DNA from: Candidatus Latescibacterota bacterium
GTDB lineage: Bacteria; Latescibacterota; UBA2968; UBA8231
Reading direction: 5' to 3'
DNA length: 64,000 nt
Assembly: GCA_965215195.1 (NCBI GenBank)
Contig: CBDCDC010000002.1
Location: 2,336,001 to 2,400,000, forward strand
The translations under genes and the position numbers were made by a program. Shown here one piece after another: positions 40,060 through 49,733 of the stretch (its first letter is position 1; each line of letters begins with the position of its first letter). The notes under the pieces were generated by a model. That model was given only the letters and a program-made list of their open reading frames with translations. It had not been told where the DNA came from and made no database searches.

Positions 40060-42558
40060 ATGCTGGATAAATTGCGCCAACACATAGCGACTACCTTGCA
40101 GCGTTTGAGCGTCCGGCTAGAACGAGCCGGTACGGTTGAAGGGCTGCCGCGCCACGAGTGTCCCGTATTGATCTTTTTCCACGGCGATAGCTTGGCCCAT
40201 ACCATACGTCCTCTAGTCGTGGGACGAGCGCTGCGGGCGCGTGGCTATCCCGTCGAATTCGCGGGGGTGGGGCCTCACGCAGACCGAATCGCCGCTGAGG
40301 GGTTTCAAGTGTACGCGGTAGAAACCATGCCGCAAAGCCGCATGGATGAGTACGTGGCCCGCAGCGACTACGGCTACTACAATGCGGAGTGGATAGACCG
40401 CTGTGTACAAGCCGAACGCGCCCTCATCCGGCAACTTCGTCCTGCCCTCGTGCTGGCGGATATGCGGCCCACCTTGCCGCTCACCGCCTCCCTTGAAGGG
40501 GCGGACATAGCTCTGATTGAGGCGGCTTACAACCAACCGGGCTATCCTTTCCCCATTCGCCTGCCCACGGCCTTTTCTTTGGGCACCGAGCCCTTCGACG
40601 CATACGCTCACAACCACATCTCAACTTTCAAGCCACATCACACCCTCTACTTGGTGGCCGATGTGCCCCAGTTCCATCCACCGGGTGAAGATACCCCGTC
40701 TCACTACTGCTATGTGGGGCCACTGATCGAGTCGCCGCCACCCCGCCCTATCGCGGAGTTGGACGATTGGGATGATTCGTTACCACTGGTCTATTTCAAC
40801 TGCGGCAGCACCGGCGCTCATCCCGGCTTCCTCGACGAGGCGCTGTGCCGCATGGCCAACAAACCCTACCGCGTTCTGGTGACCACAGCGGGTCGTTGGG
40901 CAGGACAGGTAGAGACCCCCAATATCCGCGTCGCCGACTTCGTGCCCGCGGCTTGGGTGTTGGCGCGTGCGGCGCTCTTCGTCGGTGTGGGCGGCATTGG
41001 TTCCATCTATCACGCCTTGCGCCAAGGCGTGCCCGTGATCGGCGCACCCGAGCGCTTGGACCAGGAGTACCACCTCAACCGAGTGCATAACCTCGGTCTA
41101 GGATGCAAGCTCAACTGGGATGCGTTCCTCCGAGTGGATCCCCTGTTGGAGGCCATAGACGACCTTCTATCTCGGAGCGACGAGTTCGCTCCGCGCTGCC
41201 AAGCCCTTGCCGCACACATCGGGAAGTGGGACGGGGGCGAGGCCGCAGCCGATGCGGTGGACGCCTTTTTTGTAGGCCAGCATTCCGCCCACCAGATAGA
41301 GACGGCCTATCGGATGCCCGAGCCCGAATTTATCCACTATCTCAACCTGAGCACCCCGGCCGACCTCGGCGTTGAGGAGATCCGCACCTTACTTCACCGC
41401 AATCTGAGCCGCGGTCTGCCGCACATCCGACAGGGCAGCAAGATCGCCTTTGACCGGGCGGATTCTTGGAACTGGCTCTACGATCACGAGCCTGTGTTCT
41501 TTGAAAGCGATTATCGCGCCCACGAAGAGAAACGCCGCCGCTTTTTCCATTCTGTGAATGGCCACATCGCGCTGCACCGGAATCGTCAGCGCTACCGCCT
41601 CACCTATACGTATCGGCTCTACCCATCGACTTTGCCGCCCGATGTCAGCACCCGGCTCTTTCTGCCCTATCCCATACCTAGTCCACATCAAGGAGATATC
41701 GAGTTGCGCACCTGTGCGCCGGACGATCTGCGCACGTGCTTTGTGCCGCAGGCCGGTTTTTTTTACGGCTATCCCGTCCGGGCGGAGGAAGCCGCTCCAG
41801 CCTCGGTGGATTTTTCCTACACCTGTGAGTTGACCGTGCAGGGGCGTATCGGACCAACGGCCCCGGCTTCGCTGTCGGCTGGCGAATACCGCCGCTATAG
41901 CGAGATCGATCCCAAGCTGGCGCAAGAAGCGGTAGTCAAAAACTTTTTTGCCGAATTGGACTTGGATGGAGTAGAAGACCCGTTGGAAAAGGCGCGTCGC
42001 ATCTACGTCCAATTGGCCAAGACCAAGCGTTTCAAAAAAACCAAGGAGCCATCGCAGGACTTGGCCTCTTGCATCCACATGGTGTTGAACGACAATGGCG
42101 GCCACTGCATAACCTTGTCCAATACCTTTATCGTCCTCTGCCGCCTACAGGGGATCGCGGCGCGGCAGGTCACCGGGGCCCTAACGGGCTATCCCGTCGG
42201 CGAGGGTCGTTTTGCGATGGCGGTCTATAACGAGATTCTCTTCGGGCACACTTGGGCGGAAGTGTTTGCGCCGGGGCGCGGTTGGGTGCCGGTGGAGTTT
42301 CACGGCATTGTCATTGGTCCGCAGGCGGCGACGGAGGACAATGTTGCTGACGAAGCCCTGCGCCGCCATATCGCCGAAGTCGGCAGTCGCTATGTCGATT
42401 TTTACTTTGGCCAGTTGGATTGCCACCGCGTGGTGTGTTCCAATTCGGTCAAGACCCTACCGCAACTGTTGGCTCGGCACGAGACCGCATCCGGGCCACA
42501 ATTCCACATGCCGGAGGGCTTACAATACGAGTGCCAGCTCGTCATGGAGTGCCTCTGA
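40060..42558 (+). CDS. GT-B glycosyltransferase (GT1/GT28-like) fused to a transglutaminase-like domain
   Basis: LAHTIRPL, VYFNCGSTG, DFVP..VL....FVGVGGIGSIYHAL..GVPVIG.P...DQ; C-terminal GHCITLS..F..LCR..GIAAR.V.G..GHTWAEVF.PG.GWVPVE. Confidence 0.8.
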   Translation: MLDKLRQHIATTLQRLSVRLERAGTVEGLPRHECPVLIFFHGDSLAHTIRPLVVGRALRARGYPVEFAGVGPHADRIAAEGFQVYAVETMPQSRMDEYVARSDYGYYNAEWIDRCVQAERALIRQLRPALVLADMRPTLPLTASLEGADIALIEAAYNQPGYPFPIRLPTAFSLGTEPFDAYAHNHISTFKPHHTLYLVADVPQFHPPGEDTPSHYCYVGPLIESPPPRPIAELDDWDDSLPLVYFNCGSTGAHPGFLDEALCRMANKPYRVLVTTAGRWAGQVETPNIRVADFVPAAWVLARAALFVGVGGIGSIYHALRQGVPVIGAPERLDQEYHLNRVHNLGLGCKLNWDAFLRVDPLLEAIDDLLSRSDEFAPRCQALAAHIGKWDGGEAAADAVDAFFVGQHSAHQIETAYRMPEPEFIHYLNLSTPADLGVEEIRTLLHRNLSRGLPHIRQGSKIAFDRADSWNWLYDHEPVFFESDYRAHEEKRRRFFHSVNGHIALHRNRQRYRLTYTYRLYPSTLPPDVSTRLFLPYPIPSPHQGDIELRTCAPDDLRTCFVPQAGFFYGYPVRAEEAAPASVDFSYTCELTVQGRIGPTAPASLSAGEYRRYSEIDPKLAQEAVVKNFFAELDLDGVEDPLEKARRIYVQLAKTKRFKKTKEPSQDLASCIHMVLNDNGGHCITLSNTFIVLCRLQGIAARQVTGALTGYPVGEGRFAMAVYNEILFGHTWAEVFAPGRGWVPVEFHGIVIGPQAATEDNVADEALRRHIAEVGSRYVDFYFGQLDCHRVVCSNSVKTLPQLLARHETASGPQFHMPEGLQYECQLVMECL

Positions 42559-42559
42559 G

Positions 42560-43636
42560 ATGGATATTTCCGTGGTCATAGCCACCCATAACCAGCAGGA
42601 ACGGCTGCGGCTGGTGTTAGCCGGATTGCGCGGCCAGACTGCGCCGACTGGGCGCTTTGAAGTGGTGGTCGTGGATGACGGCTGTAGCGATGGGACGGCT
42701 GAGATGCTCGACGAGGTGGGTCGCCAGATGGACCTAAAGGTCGTTCGCCTGCGGCCCAACGAAGGGCGCTGTGTAGCTCGCAACCGGGGAGTGGAGGCCG
42801 CAACGGGAGAATTTGTCGCCTTCTTGGACGGGGACGCCCTGCCGCATCCACAGTGGATCCAACGCCATATCGAAGCCCTAAAACAAGGCGGGCGGGAGTC
42901 CCTGTTGTGTGGTGCCGAATACAGCTTGCCCGACTTGGAGTATCTACAAGATCCCCAACGTGGTATGCCAATGGAGGACAAGACGCCGAGCGTCGTGCGC
43001 GAGTACTGCCACGTCCACCGGCCGGCGTTGATCTTGACGGAGGACATGATCCTCAAAGCCTTTGACCCTATCGAAGCCCGCGCCGTGCTCGGCGGGTATC
43101 CCTTTCCCGAACTTGAGACCATGCAGGAACAGATCGCCGATCTTTTTGTCCAACACCCCGATTCTCCTATTGGTTGGATGGGCTTTTTCCCGCACAACGG
43201 CATGGTTGCTAGGGAGGCTTTTTTAGCGGTGGGTGGTTTTGATCCCGCCATGGCCTTTAGCGAAGGCTGGGACCTAGCATATCGACTGCAACGACGCGGC
43301 TGTCGGCCCTACTTTGTACCCGCGGCCAAGACCTATCACCTCTATCACTACCACGACTTTTCTGACCCGCTCAAGGCGCATGAGGAGACGCTTGCTCCCC
43401 AGCGGGCTGTGCAGTACATGGAGCAAAAATACGGCGATCCCAAGTTGCTGCTATTTCACTTCTGGTACGCCAGTATCTGGCCGGACCCCTTCCTACCCGA
43501 AGAGACGTTGCTGGAAGACTTGGTAGCATTTCACCATGCCTACGCGCACGAGCCTACCAGCCGACTGCGCGATCTGCGGATATTGTTGGATCATCACCCA
43601 CGATGGGCCGAACCGAGCGGAGCGCAAATCCCATGA
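42560..43636 (+). CDS. Glycosyltransferase family 2
   Basis: ISVVIATHN, EVVVVDDGCSDGT, ARNRG...A.GEFVAFLDGD, VGGFD..EGWDLAYRL. Confidence 0.9.
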   Translation: MDISVVIATHNQQERLRLVLAGLRGQTAPTGRFEVVVVDDGCSDGTAEMLDEVGRQMDLKVVRLRPNEGRCVARNRGVEAATGEFVAFLDGDALPHPQWIQRHIEALKQGGRESLLCGAEYSLPDLEYLQDPQRGMPMEDKTPSVVREYCHVHRPALILTEDMILKAFDPIEARAVLGGYPFPELETMQEQIADLFVQHPDSPIGWMGFFPHNGMVAREAFLAVGGFDPAMAFSEGWDLAYRLQRRGCRPYFVPAAKTYHLYHYHDFSDPLKAHEETLAPQRAVQYMEQKYGDPKLLLFHFWYASIWPDPFLPEETLLEDLVAFHHAYAHEPTSRLRDLRILLDHHPRWAEPSGAQIP

Positions 43637-45525
43637 AGTTGCCAACGTCAGCCGTGAGACATGCCCTGCGAGCCGGTGGGTTGGTCGCGTTGATAGCCCT
43701 GTCGTTGCTGCATCCTTCACACCTTAGTGCCTTCACTTGGGATTTTGCTCAGGAAGGCGATACCGAGGGTTGGGTCGCTTGGGAAAGTGATGCTTCGGGT
43801 GCGGTAATCAGAGCACCGCTGCATTCGGAAACAGCCGACGGAGTATGGCGCGTTGCTCCCCGGGATTTTGCGCCCGGTACTAGGCCGATCGTCGAATTGA
43901 TCTCCCCGTCAATTGGCCGCGATTCGGCCCTATTCAACCGCGTTCGCATTCGCCTGCGCGTACTGCATACGCAACCGCTTGAGAGTCAGATTTCGCTTCT
44001 CTGGAAGAATCCCGCTAACAAGAACCTCCGAGGATTCTTTATCAACGCGCAGCCGGGAACGGGGATTGATCATATCACCTTGCTCAAAAGCCAACGCCAT
44101 ATCTACACGGCCGATTGGCAGGAGGTGACGATTGATAGTGTGGCTTCCAAGACCTACGTAAGAGGGGACAAGGTATATCGGCGTGTCTGGGAAGATGAAT
44201 TGCTGGAAATACGCCTTCGTCTGCCCTTGTTCAACTACTCGAAGGACGTGGAGGGACCGGGGGAAATCCCCGAGGCGGTGGAAATTGATTGGATCGAGTT
44301 GACCCATGCGGAAAGGCCAGCTTTAGAGATCGCGCCGCCGAGAGGGGAAGAGCCGTACCCTGTCGGAACGCTCTTTGCCCTACCGCTTTTCTATCCTTTA
44401 GAGGTGCATGGATTGGACATAGGACAGCGCGGCCGGCCCGTAGCCGAATTGGGGGATCTGGATGGCGATGGCGACGTGGATATGGCGGCGGTATGGGAAA
44501 ACTGGCAGCCTAGGACTCATTCCGGCAGGGCTGGTTGGCTGTGCGCGTTCAATGAAGATGGCCGTTTCTCTCCAAAGGTCCGCATAGAACCATTCCCCGA
44601 AATCGGTCCCATCCCGAGGCTGGCCGGTGCTGATTTGCTCGGCGATGACCGCATGGAACTCATCGTGGGTTTTGGTCGTTCACTCGACCTATTGGCGCAT
44701 TCATCCGCCGGCTGGTCGGTGGCGCGGCATATGGATAGGGCAATTCCCTTGGGTATCGGCGATGTCGATGGGGATGGCGACGAGGATATATGGCTGACCG
44801 AGTTGTACTCCAAGACTTCGGTACGTGCCGTCATTTTGCTCAATGACGGGGAGGGACAGTTCGACGAACAAATGGCTCTGGCACCGGAGTTGGGCGAGTT
44901 CGATTGGATTCCCATGCGTCTGATCCACCATGTCCCAAGCGGCCGCAAGACGGGATTGCTTTGGGGCGGCCCGGATGTGGGCACTCCGCATGACTACATG
45001 GCGACTTATCTGGACGACCATGGGGCAACCATCCAAGAGTATCTCCGAGTGGATGCGGCGGCCGATTTGATCTGCTATGCAGGCGATTTTGATCGGGATG
45101 GAGATACCGATATGGTGGCGGGCAGGGCCGTCACCTCTACGACGATAGGCTCTGTGCCCACAGTGCTCACCGGGCTGGATCTTTTAATCAACCGAGGCGA
45201 CGGCGTCTTGGACAAGGTCGCATGGTACGAAGGGAGTTACGTGCAACAGGACGTGGTGTTTTCCGACCTCAATGAAGATGGTCTGTTGGACGCGGTATTT
45301 GTCGATCGCGATTTCCGCCAGCCGGCCCTCGTCGTCAGTATGGGAAGCAAGAATGGAGTGCCACTGCGGGAAGGCCACTATCCACTGCAAGGGTTGGGCG
45401 GAACGGTCATAAGCGGCGATGTGGATGGAGACGGGGACCTAGACTTGGCCGTGCTGGAAAATGCCGTGCGCGGTGGGGGTAGTGGCCTATACATCCTGTC
45501 CAACCAAACCAAAACGGACGATTGA
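43633..45525 (+). CDS. FG-GAP/VCBS secreted protein lacking the FlgD-Ig tail (divergent paralog 5)
   Basis: ATGA-coupled to GT2; TWDF..GW, ISPSIGRDSALF, EIDWIELT and DxDGDG repeats; ends at SNQTKTDD. Confidence 0.85.
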   Translation: MKLPTSAVRHALRAGGLVALIALSLLHPSHLSAFTWDFAQEGDTEGWVAWESDASGAVIRAPLHSETADGVWRVAPRDFAPGTRPIVELISPSIGRDSALFNRVRIRLRVLHTQPLESQISLLWKNPANKNLRGFFINAQPGTGIDHITLLKSQRHIYTADWQEVTIDSVASKTYVRGDKVYRRVWEDELLEIRLRLPLFNYSKDVEGPGEIPEAVEIDWIELTHAERPALEIAPPRGEEPYPVGTLFALPLFYPLEVHGLDIGQRGRPVAELGDLDGDGDVDMAAVWENWQPRTHSGRAGWLCAFNEDGRFSPKVRIEPFPEIGPIPRLAGADLLGDDRMELIVGFGRSLDLLAHSSAGWSVARHMDRAIPLGIGDVDGDGDEDIWLTELYSKTSVRAVILLNDGEGQFDEQMALAPELGEFDWIPMRLIHHVPSGRKTGLLWGGPDVGTPHDYMATYLDDHGATIQEYLRVDAAADLICYAGDFDRDGDTDMVAGRAVTSTTIGSVPTVLTGLDLLINRGDGVLDKVAWYEGSYVQQDVVFSDLNEDGLLDAVFVDRDFRQPALVVSMGSKNGVPLREGHYPLQGLGGTVISGDVDGDGDLDLAVLENAVRGGGSGLYILSNQTKTDD

Positions 45526-45570
45526 ATAGGGGGGCGCGTGTTAGGTGCTGCCGAAAAGAGAGGGCATAAG

Positions 45571-46905
45571 ATGATAAGACGGCCATGGAAAGTCCCATTC
45601 CGAAAAAATAGAAAGCTGCAAAGCTGCTTGGCGGTGTCGCTGGCCTTGCATCTGCTGGTGATCTTCGGACTCCCGCGCCACGAGCGGATCACCCACTTTC
45701 CCGTCCAACCGCCGATCATGGTGAAGTTTACCAAGAAGCGCCCGCTGCCGCGCACCCTCGCCCGCCGCCAACGGCCCCAGCAACGCCCGTTGGTGCGCCG
45801 CCCCGCCCTGCAAGCGGCCCCGGTCGTGGCCATGCGGCCGGCGCCGTCGGCGACGCGCCCGCTACCGGTGTTCAAGTCGTCGGCTCTCCGACTGCCAACG
45901 GCGGCACTGCCGGCGCGGCTGGTGCTGCCCGTGCCGGATTTCCCCGCTCGGCACATTGGTCCTCACCTACAGGCGGGGGCGTTGGAAGGGACGCGGCAAG
46001 GGGCCGACGAGATTGACTTGGCGTTGGAACTGATGGATGTGGAAGCGATGGACACGGGTCAGCACCGGGCGATGGTGGTCGTCGATCCAAAAGACCGGCG
46101 TCAGCTCAAGGGCTTTCTCTATTTGTCGAGTGTCCACAGCGAAGCGCTTGAGCGCGCCGAGGCCAGCGCGGCTTCGGAGCGCAGCGGGGGGTGGTCGCGC
46201 AGCATCGCCGAGCAGCGCATGCTGCAGGGGCTCGCCGACAAAATGAGCGAGCGCACCGGCGTACATACCCAAGTGCTCGACGGCCTCGCCTTGGACGACC
46301 CGCGGCTGATGCAGGTGCCGTTTCTGTTGCTGACGGTTCGGAGCCAAGTCGCCTTCACCCAAGCCGAAGCCAAAAACTTGGGACGTTATCTAACCTCGGG
46401 CGGGTTCCTCTATGCGGATATTGTCTCCCAGCCTCTCTCTCGCGCGGGCGGCTATCAACACGACTTGCCGGCGTTGCGCGATTTCATTCGCCAAGCCTTT
46501 GGGCAGATAGACTACGCCGAACACAAAGATTGGTCTTTCGTGCGGTTGCCGCCCGAGCACCCGCTCTACCATTGCTTCTACGACGTGGACTCCCTGCCGC
46601 GCGGTTTCTGGGACATCATGTTCTGGTATTGGAACACTGGGAGTCGCTTTGAATTGTCGCCCAATTACTTGGAGGGCATTGAGGTGGATGGCCGTATCGT
46701 GGGAGTTTACTCGCAGAAGTGCTACGCGGAAATGTGGGCTGGCGAGGCCGAGCGGATCCGCGAGGCGGATCGGGCTGCCGACAAAGCCGGTCGTTTTGAC
46801 ACGGGCGCGGATGAGTTGCCGGTCTATGACCTCGGCGTCAATATCGTGGTGTACGCCCTGACGCGCGAGGGATCATTGGCTCAACAGTTCGTCGAGGCGG
46901 ACTGA
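45571..46905 (+). CDS. Membrane-anchored DUF4159-like protein with Pro/Arg-rich linker (copy 1)
   Basis: SLALH TM anchor (TonB-like); FTQAEAKNLGRYLTSGGFLYAD, HPLYHCFYD, LEGIE..GR, LGVNIVVYALT. Confidence 0.78.
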   Translation: MIRRPWKVPFRKNRKLQSCLAVSLALHLLVIFGLPRHERITHFPVQPPIMVKFTKKRPLPRTLARRQRPQQRPLVRRPALQAAPVVAMRPAPSATRPLPVFKSSALRLPTAALPARLVLPVPDFPARHIGPHLQAGALEGTRQGADEIDLALELMDVEAMDTGQHRAMVVVDPKDRRQLKGFLYLSSVHSEALERAEASAASERSGGWSRSIAEQRMLQGLADKMSERTGVHTQVLDGLALDDPRLMQVPFLLLTVRSQVAFTQAEAKNLGRYLTSGGFLYADIVSQPLSRAGGYQHDLPALRDFIRQAFGQIDYAEHKDWSFVRLPPEHPLYHCFYDVDSLPRGFWDIMFWYWNTGSRFELSPNYLEGIEVDGRIVGVYSQKCYAEMWAGEAERIREADRAADKAGRFDTGADELPVYDLGVNIVVYALTREGSLAQQFVEAD

Positions 46906-47177
46906 GGGCTGTTGTGCCGCAATACTATAACCACGTTTGCCAAGAACTCGGCGATCTGCTGGGCATTTCCGGCTAAGCGCATATACGCCGACGTTAGGCG
47001 GTCAGACAAGGCGGATGAAACCCGCCTCGCCATAGAGCAGGCAGACGGGCGCAGGCTACACGTTCCTGTCCGCGCAAAAGATCGAAAATTTGCCGAAGAC
47101 CTCTCCGCGGAGCGCAAGTGAGTACGCTTACAGCAAGTCCTTGCCGACCCCAACGGGTTTTAGAAACGCATCTAAAG

Positions 47178-49388
47178 ATGAAAGCTCTATTCGCCGTTCT
47201 GCTCCTCGCCACGCAACTGCACCGCGCTGACGCGATAACGTGGGAATTCGACGCAGCAGACGACACCCAAGGGTGGACCGCCCGCGAAAGTGCCGATTCG
47301 GTAGCCCCTACGAATACGCTAGCTCACCTGAACTCAGAAGTCAGCGATGGGGTCTGGCGCATTGATATGGCCCCCTTTAAGTACGGGCGCAATCCGTCGC
47401 TCCAGTTAGTCTCGCCTTTTATCGGGCAGGATTCCGGGCTGTTTGATCGGGTTGAGGTTCGTCTTCGCGTGGTGCATACCACCCCGTTTCTCGGTGGTTC
47501 CTCGCTCCACTGGACGAATGTGCATAATCAATTGACCCCTGGTTGGGAGTCTCGTGAACAACAAGATCAGAATACCTTCTTCTGGGTTCTCCAGTGGCAT
47601 ACCTATACCACGGACTGGCAGGAGATCATGTACGCGCCTTTGGAGACGGGCACGGTCGAATCGCCCGGCGGCCGGCGGTACGACATCGTATGGGAAGGGG
47701 TACTGGACGATATAAGGATTGATTTACAGCTATATGCATTTGACCCGGATGATGTCCTTAACGCGGCCGTGGGTGCGGGGGATGACTTAGTGAAGAGCGC
47801 AGCCGAGGTGCCGGCGGCTGTGGAGATCGACTGGATACGATTGACGGGCGTAGAAGAGCTGATCGAGGGCGAGTTGCCGCCGCCGGCCGTAGCGTTGTCC
47901 ACGTCCTTTGGCCGCTTGTTTAACTTGCCTACTTTCCATCCTCTGGAGGTGCTACCGGATACGCGATTTGCACCGTTTTTGGGGGATATGGACGGGGACG
48001 GGACGATAGACTTGGTTGCCGAGTGGAGTAGAACCTTACCTTTAACGGACACAGAAGGCTGGTTCGTCGCGTTTGGAGACGGTGCCGGCGAATTTTCACA
48101 CGGATATGTGGAGACGGTGCCAACACCGAAGGGATGGTCTGAAATAATCGGCGGTGATATCAATAGAGACGGGTTGTTAGATCTCGTGGTGGCAAACGGG
48201 AAGACCATCGAGGTGCTCGTCAATTATGGCGCAGAGGGTTTTGTGAAACAAGAGTTAAGTTCTTTCTTCTCTGACTACAAAACCTTCTCGCCTATTACCT
48301 TGGCGGACCTTAACAGAGATGGCTACGAAGATATGTGGACCGGCGTGAACTTTGGCTATGACGACGCCGATATGCTGGTGCTGTTAAACGACGGCACAGA
48401 CCAATTCGGCTCGTCGAGTAGCCTGTCGCTGCGTCCCCAAAGGGGATTTATGGGATTTCAGCCGTCCCGGTTGATAGAGGCGATAGGAGTGAGCCAAGGG
48501 CCCGGTCTGTTGTGGCAGCCGCCTTATGATGATCCGGGGGCGGGCTACAAGGCGACATATCTCAATACAGTCGGAGACCTGGAGATTCGGTCTCTCCCCA
48601 TTCGGATAGACCATATTAAACAGACTCAACTGCTCCGCTATGTGGGAGATCTTGACCGGGACGGGGATGTGGATTGGGTTCTGAGCGATGTGAGAATTTT
48701 TGATAATTATGTGATGTTCAAAGGGCTGACCCTCGGGATCAACCCGGGCGACGGGGGCTTAGACGAGATGCGGTTGCACCGGGACGTGTTCCTCATCGGC
48801 GAGGTCCTGTCTCAAGACCTGAACGGCGATGGTCGGCTCGATTTGGTTTTCGTCAACAGCGGCTTTCGTCATCCGGGCCTCGTGGTCCACTTAGGTCAGG
48901 AGGACGGTCCCCCACTACAAGAGGGCTACTACCCGCTTAGTGGACCGGGCGGGAGCCTCGCCGCGGGCGACCTAGATAACGATGGCGATATAGATATAGT
49001 GGTATTGGAGTCGGCTGCCAGAGGGGGGGGAGGCGGGGTACATGTGCTGCTCAACGCTTCGGACGTAGCCACGGCCGTCACCGAAACGATAGGAGGCTCT
49101 CAGCCGGTTTCGTTTGCGCTAGGGGCGAACTATCCCAATCCGTTTAATCCGGCCACGACCATCCCCTTGGCCGTGCCCACCGAAGCCGGGGACGTGAACT
49201 TAGCTATCTACAACGTCTTGGGGCAGCCGGTGCGCCAAGTGTGGGCGGGTCCGTTGGCGACGGGCGAGCACCGGCTAACTTGGGATGGTCGGGACGCGCA
49301 GGGGCAATCCGTCGCTGCTGGGGTCTATTTGTATCGGTTGCAGGTGGGCAACCAGACGCGCCTCCGCAAGATGGTCAAACTCGAATAG
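47178..49388 (+). CDS. FG-GAP/FlgD-Ig secreted protein (divergent paralog 6)
   Basis: ITWEFD..GWTA, VSPFIGQDSGLFD, EIDWIRLTG, DxDGDG repeats, ANYPNPFNP tail. Confidence 0.88.
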   Translation: MKALFAVLLLATQLHRADAITWEFDAADDTQGWTARESADSVAPTNTLAHLNSEVSDGVWRIDMAPFKYGRNPSLQLVSPFIGQDSGLFDRVEVRLRVVHTTPFLGGSSLHWTNVHNQLTPGWESREQQDQNTFFWVLQWHTYTTDWQEIMYAPLETGTVESPGGRRYDIVWEGVLDDIRIDLQLYAFDPDDVLNAAVGAGDDLVKSAAEVPAAVEIDWIRLTGVEELIEGELPPPAVALSTSFGRLFNLPTFHPLEVLPDTRFAPFLGDMDGDGTIDLVAEWSRTLPLTDTEGWFVAFGDGAGEFSHGYVETVPTPKGWSEIIGGDINRDGLLDLVVANGKTIEVLVNYGAEGFVKQELSSFFSDYKTFSPITLADLNRDGYEDMWTGVNFGYDDADMLVLLNDGTDQFGSSSSLSLRPQRGFMGFQPSRLIEAIGVSQGPGLLWQPPYDDPGAGYKATYLNTVGDLEIRSLPIRIDHIKQTQLLRYVGDLDRDGDVDWVLSDVRIFDNYVMFKGLTLGINPGDGGLDEMRLHRDVFLIGEVLSQDLNGDGRLDLVFVNSGFRHPGLVVHLGQEDGPPLQEGYYPLSGPGGSLAAGDLDNDGDIDIVVLESAARGGGGGVHVLLNASDVATAVTETIGGSQPVSFALGANYPNPFNPATTIPLAVPTEAGDVNLAIYNVLGQPVRQVWAGPLATGEHRLTWDGRDAQGQSVAAGVYLYRLQVGNQTRLRKMVKLE

Positions 49389-49409
49389 ACGACCGAGCTT
49401 GGAGCCGAC

Positions 49410-49685
49410 ATGCTGGAGAAATTGCGCCACTTGCAGCATTTAAGCATCCGGCTGAAATGGGCCGGCACGGTTGAAGGGCTGCCGCGCCACGAGTGCCCCG
49501 TACTGATCTTTTTCCACGGCTACGGCTTGGCTCACACCATCCGCCCGCTGCGGGTGCGCGGCTACCCCGTCGAATTCGCAGGAGTGGGGCCTCCGCCGAA
49601 AATTCCGGCAGGGTCGGTGGGCTGTGCGCGTTCAATATTACCATTCCCCGAAGTCGATCCCAACTAGACAAAAACGGACGATTGA
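49410..49685 (+). pseudogene. Collapsed remnant of a duplicated GT-transglutaminase...FG-GAP module
   Basis: 5' part matches 40060-40275 (GTVEGLPRHECPVLIFFHG..LAHTIRPL..RGYPVEFAGVGP); later pieces match ~44520, ~44589 and the 45525 stop region. Confidence 0.85.
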
Positions 49686-49733
49686 ATGGGGGGGCGCGTG
49701 TTAGGTGCTGCCGAAAAGAGAGGGCATAAGACG

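Noticed and set aside
46912-47121. 69-aa ORF between DUF4159 copy 1 and FG-GAP paralog 6
   Set aside because: TTG start without RBS; its 5' part is the repeated post-DUF4159 intergenic sequence also seen at 59178
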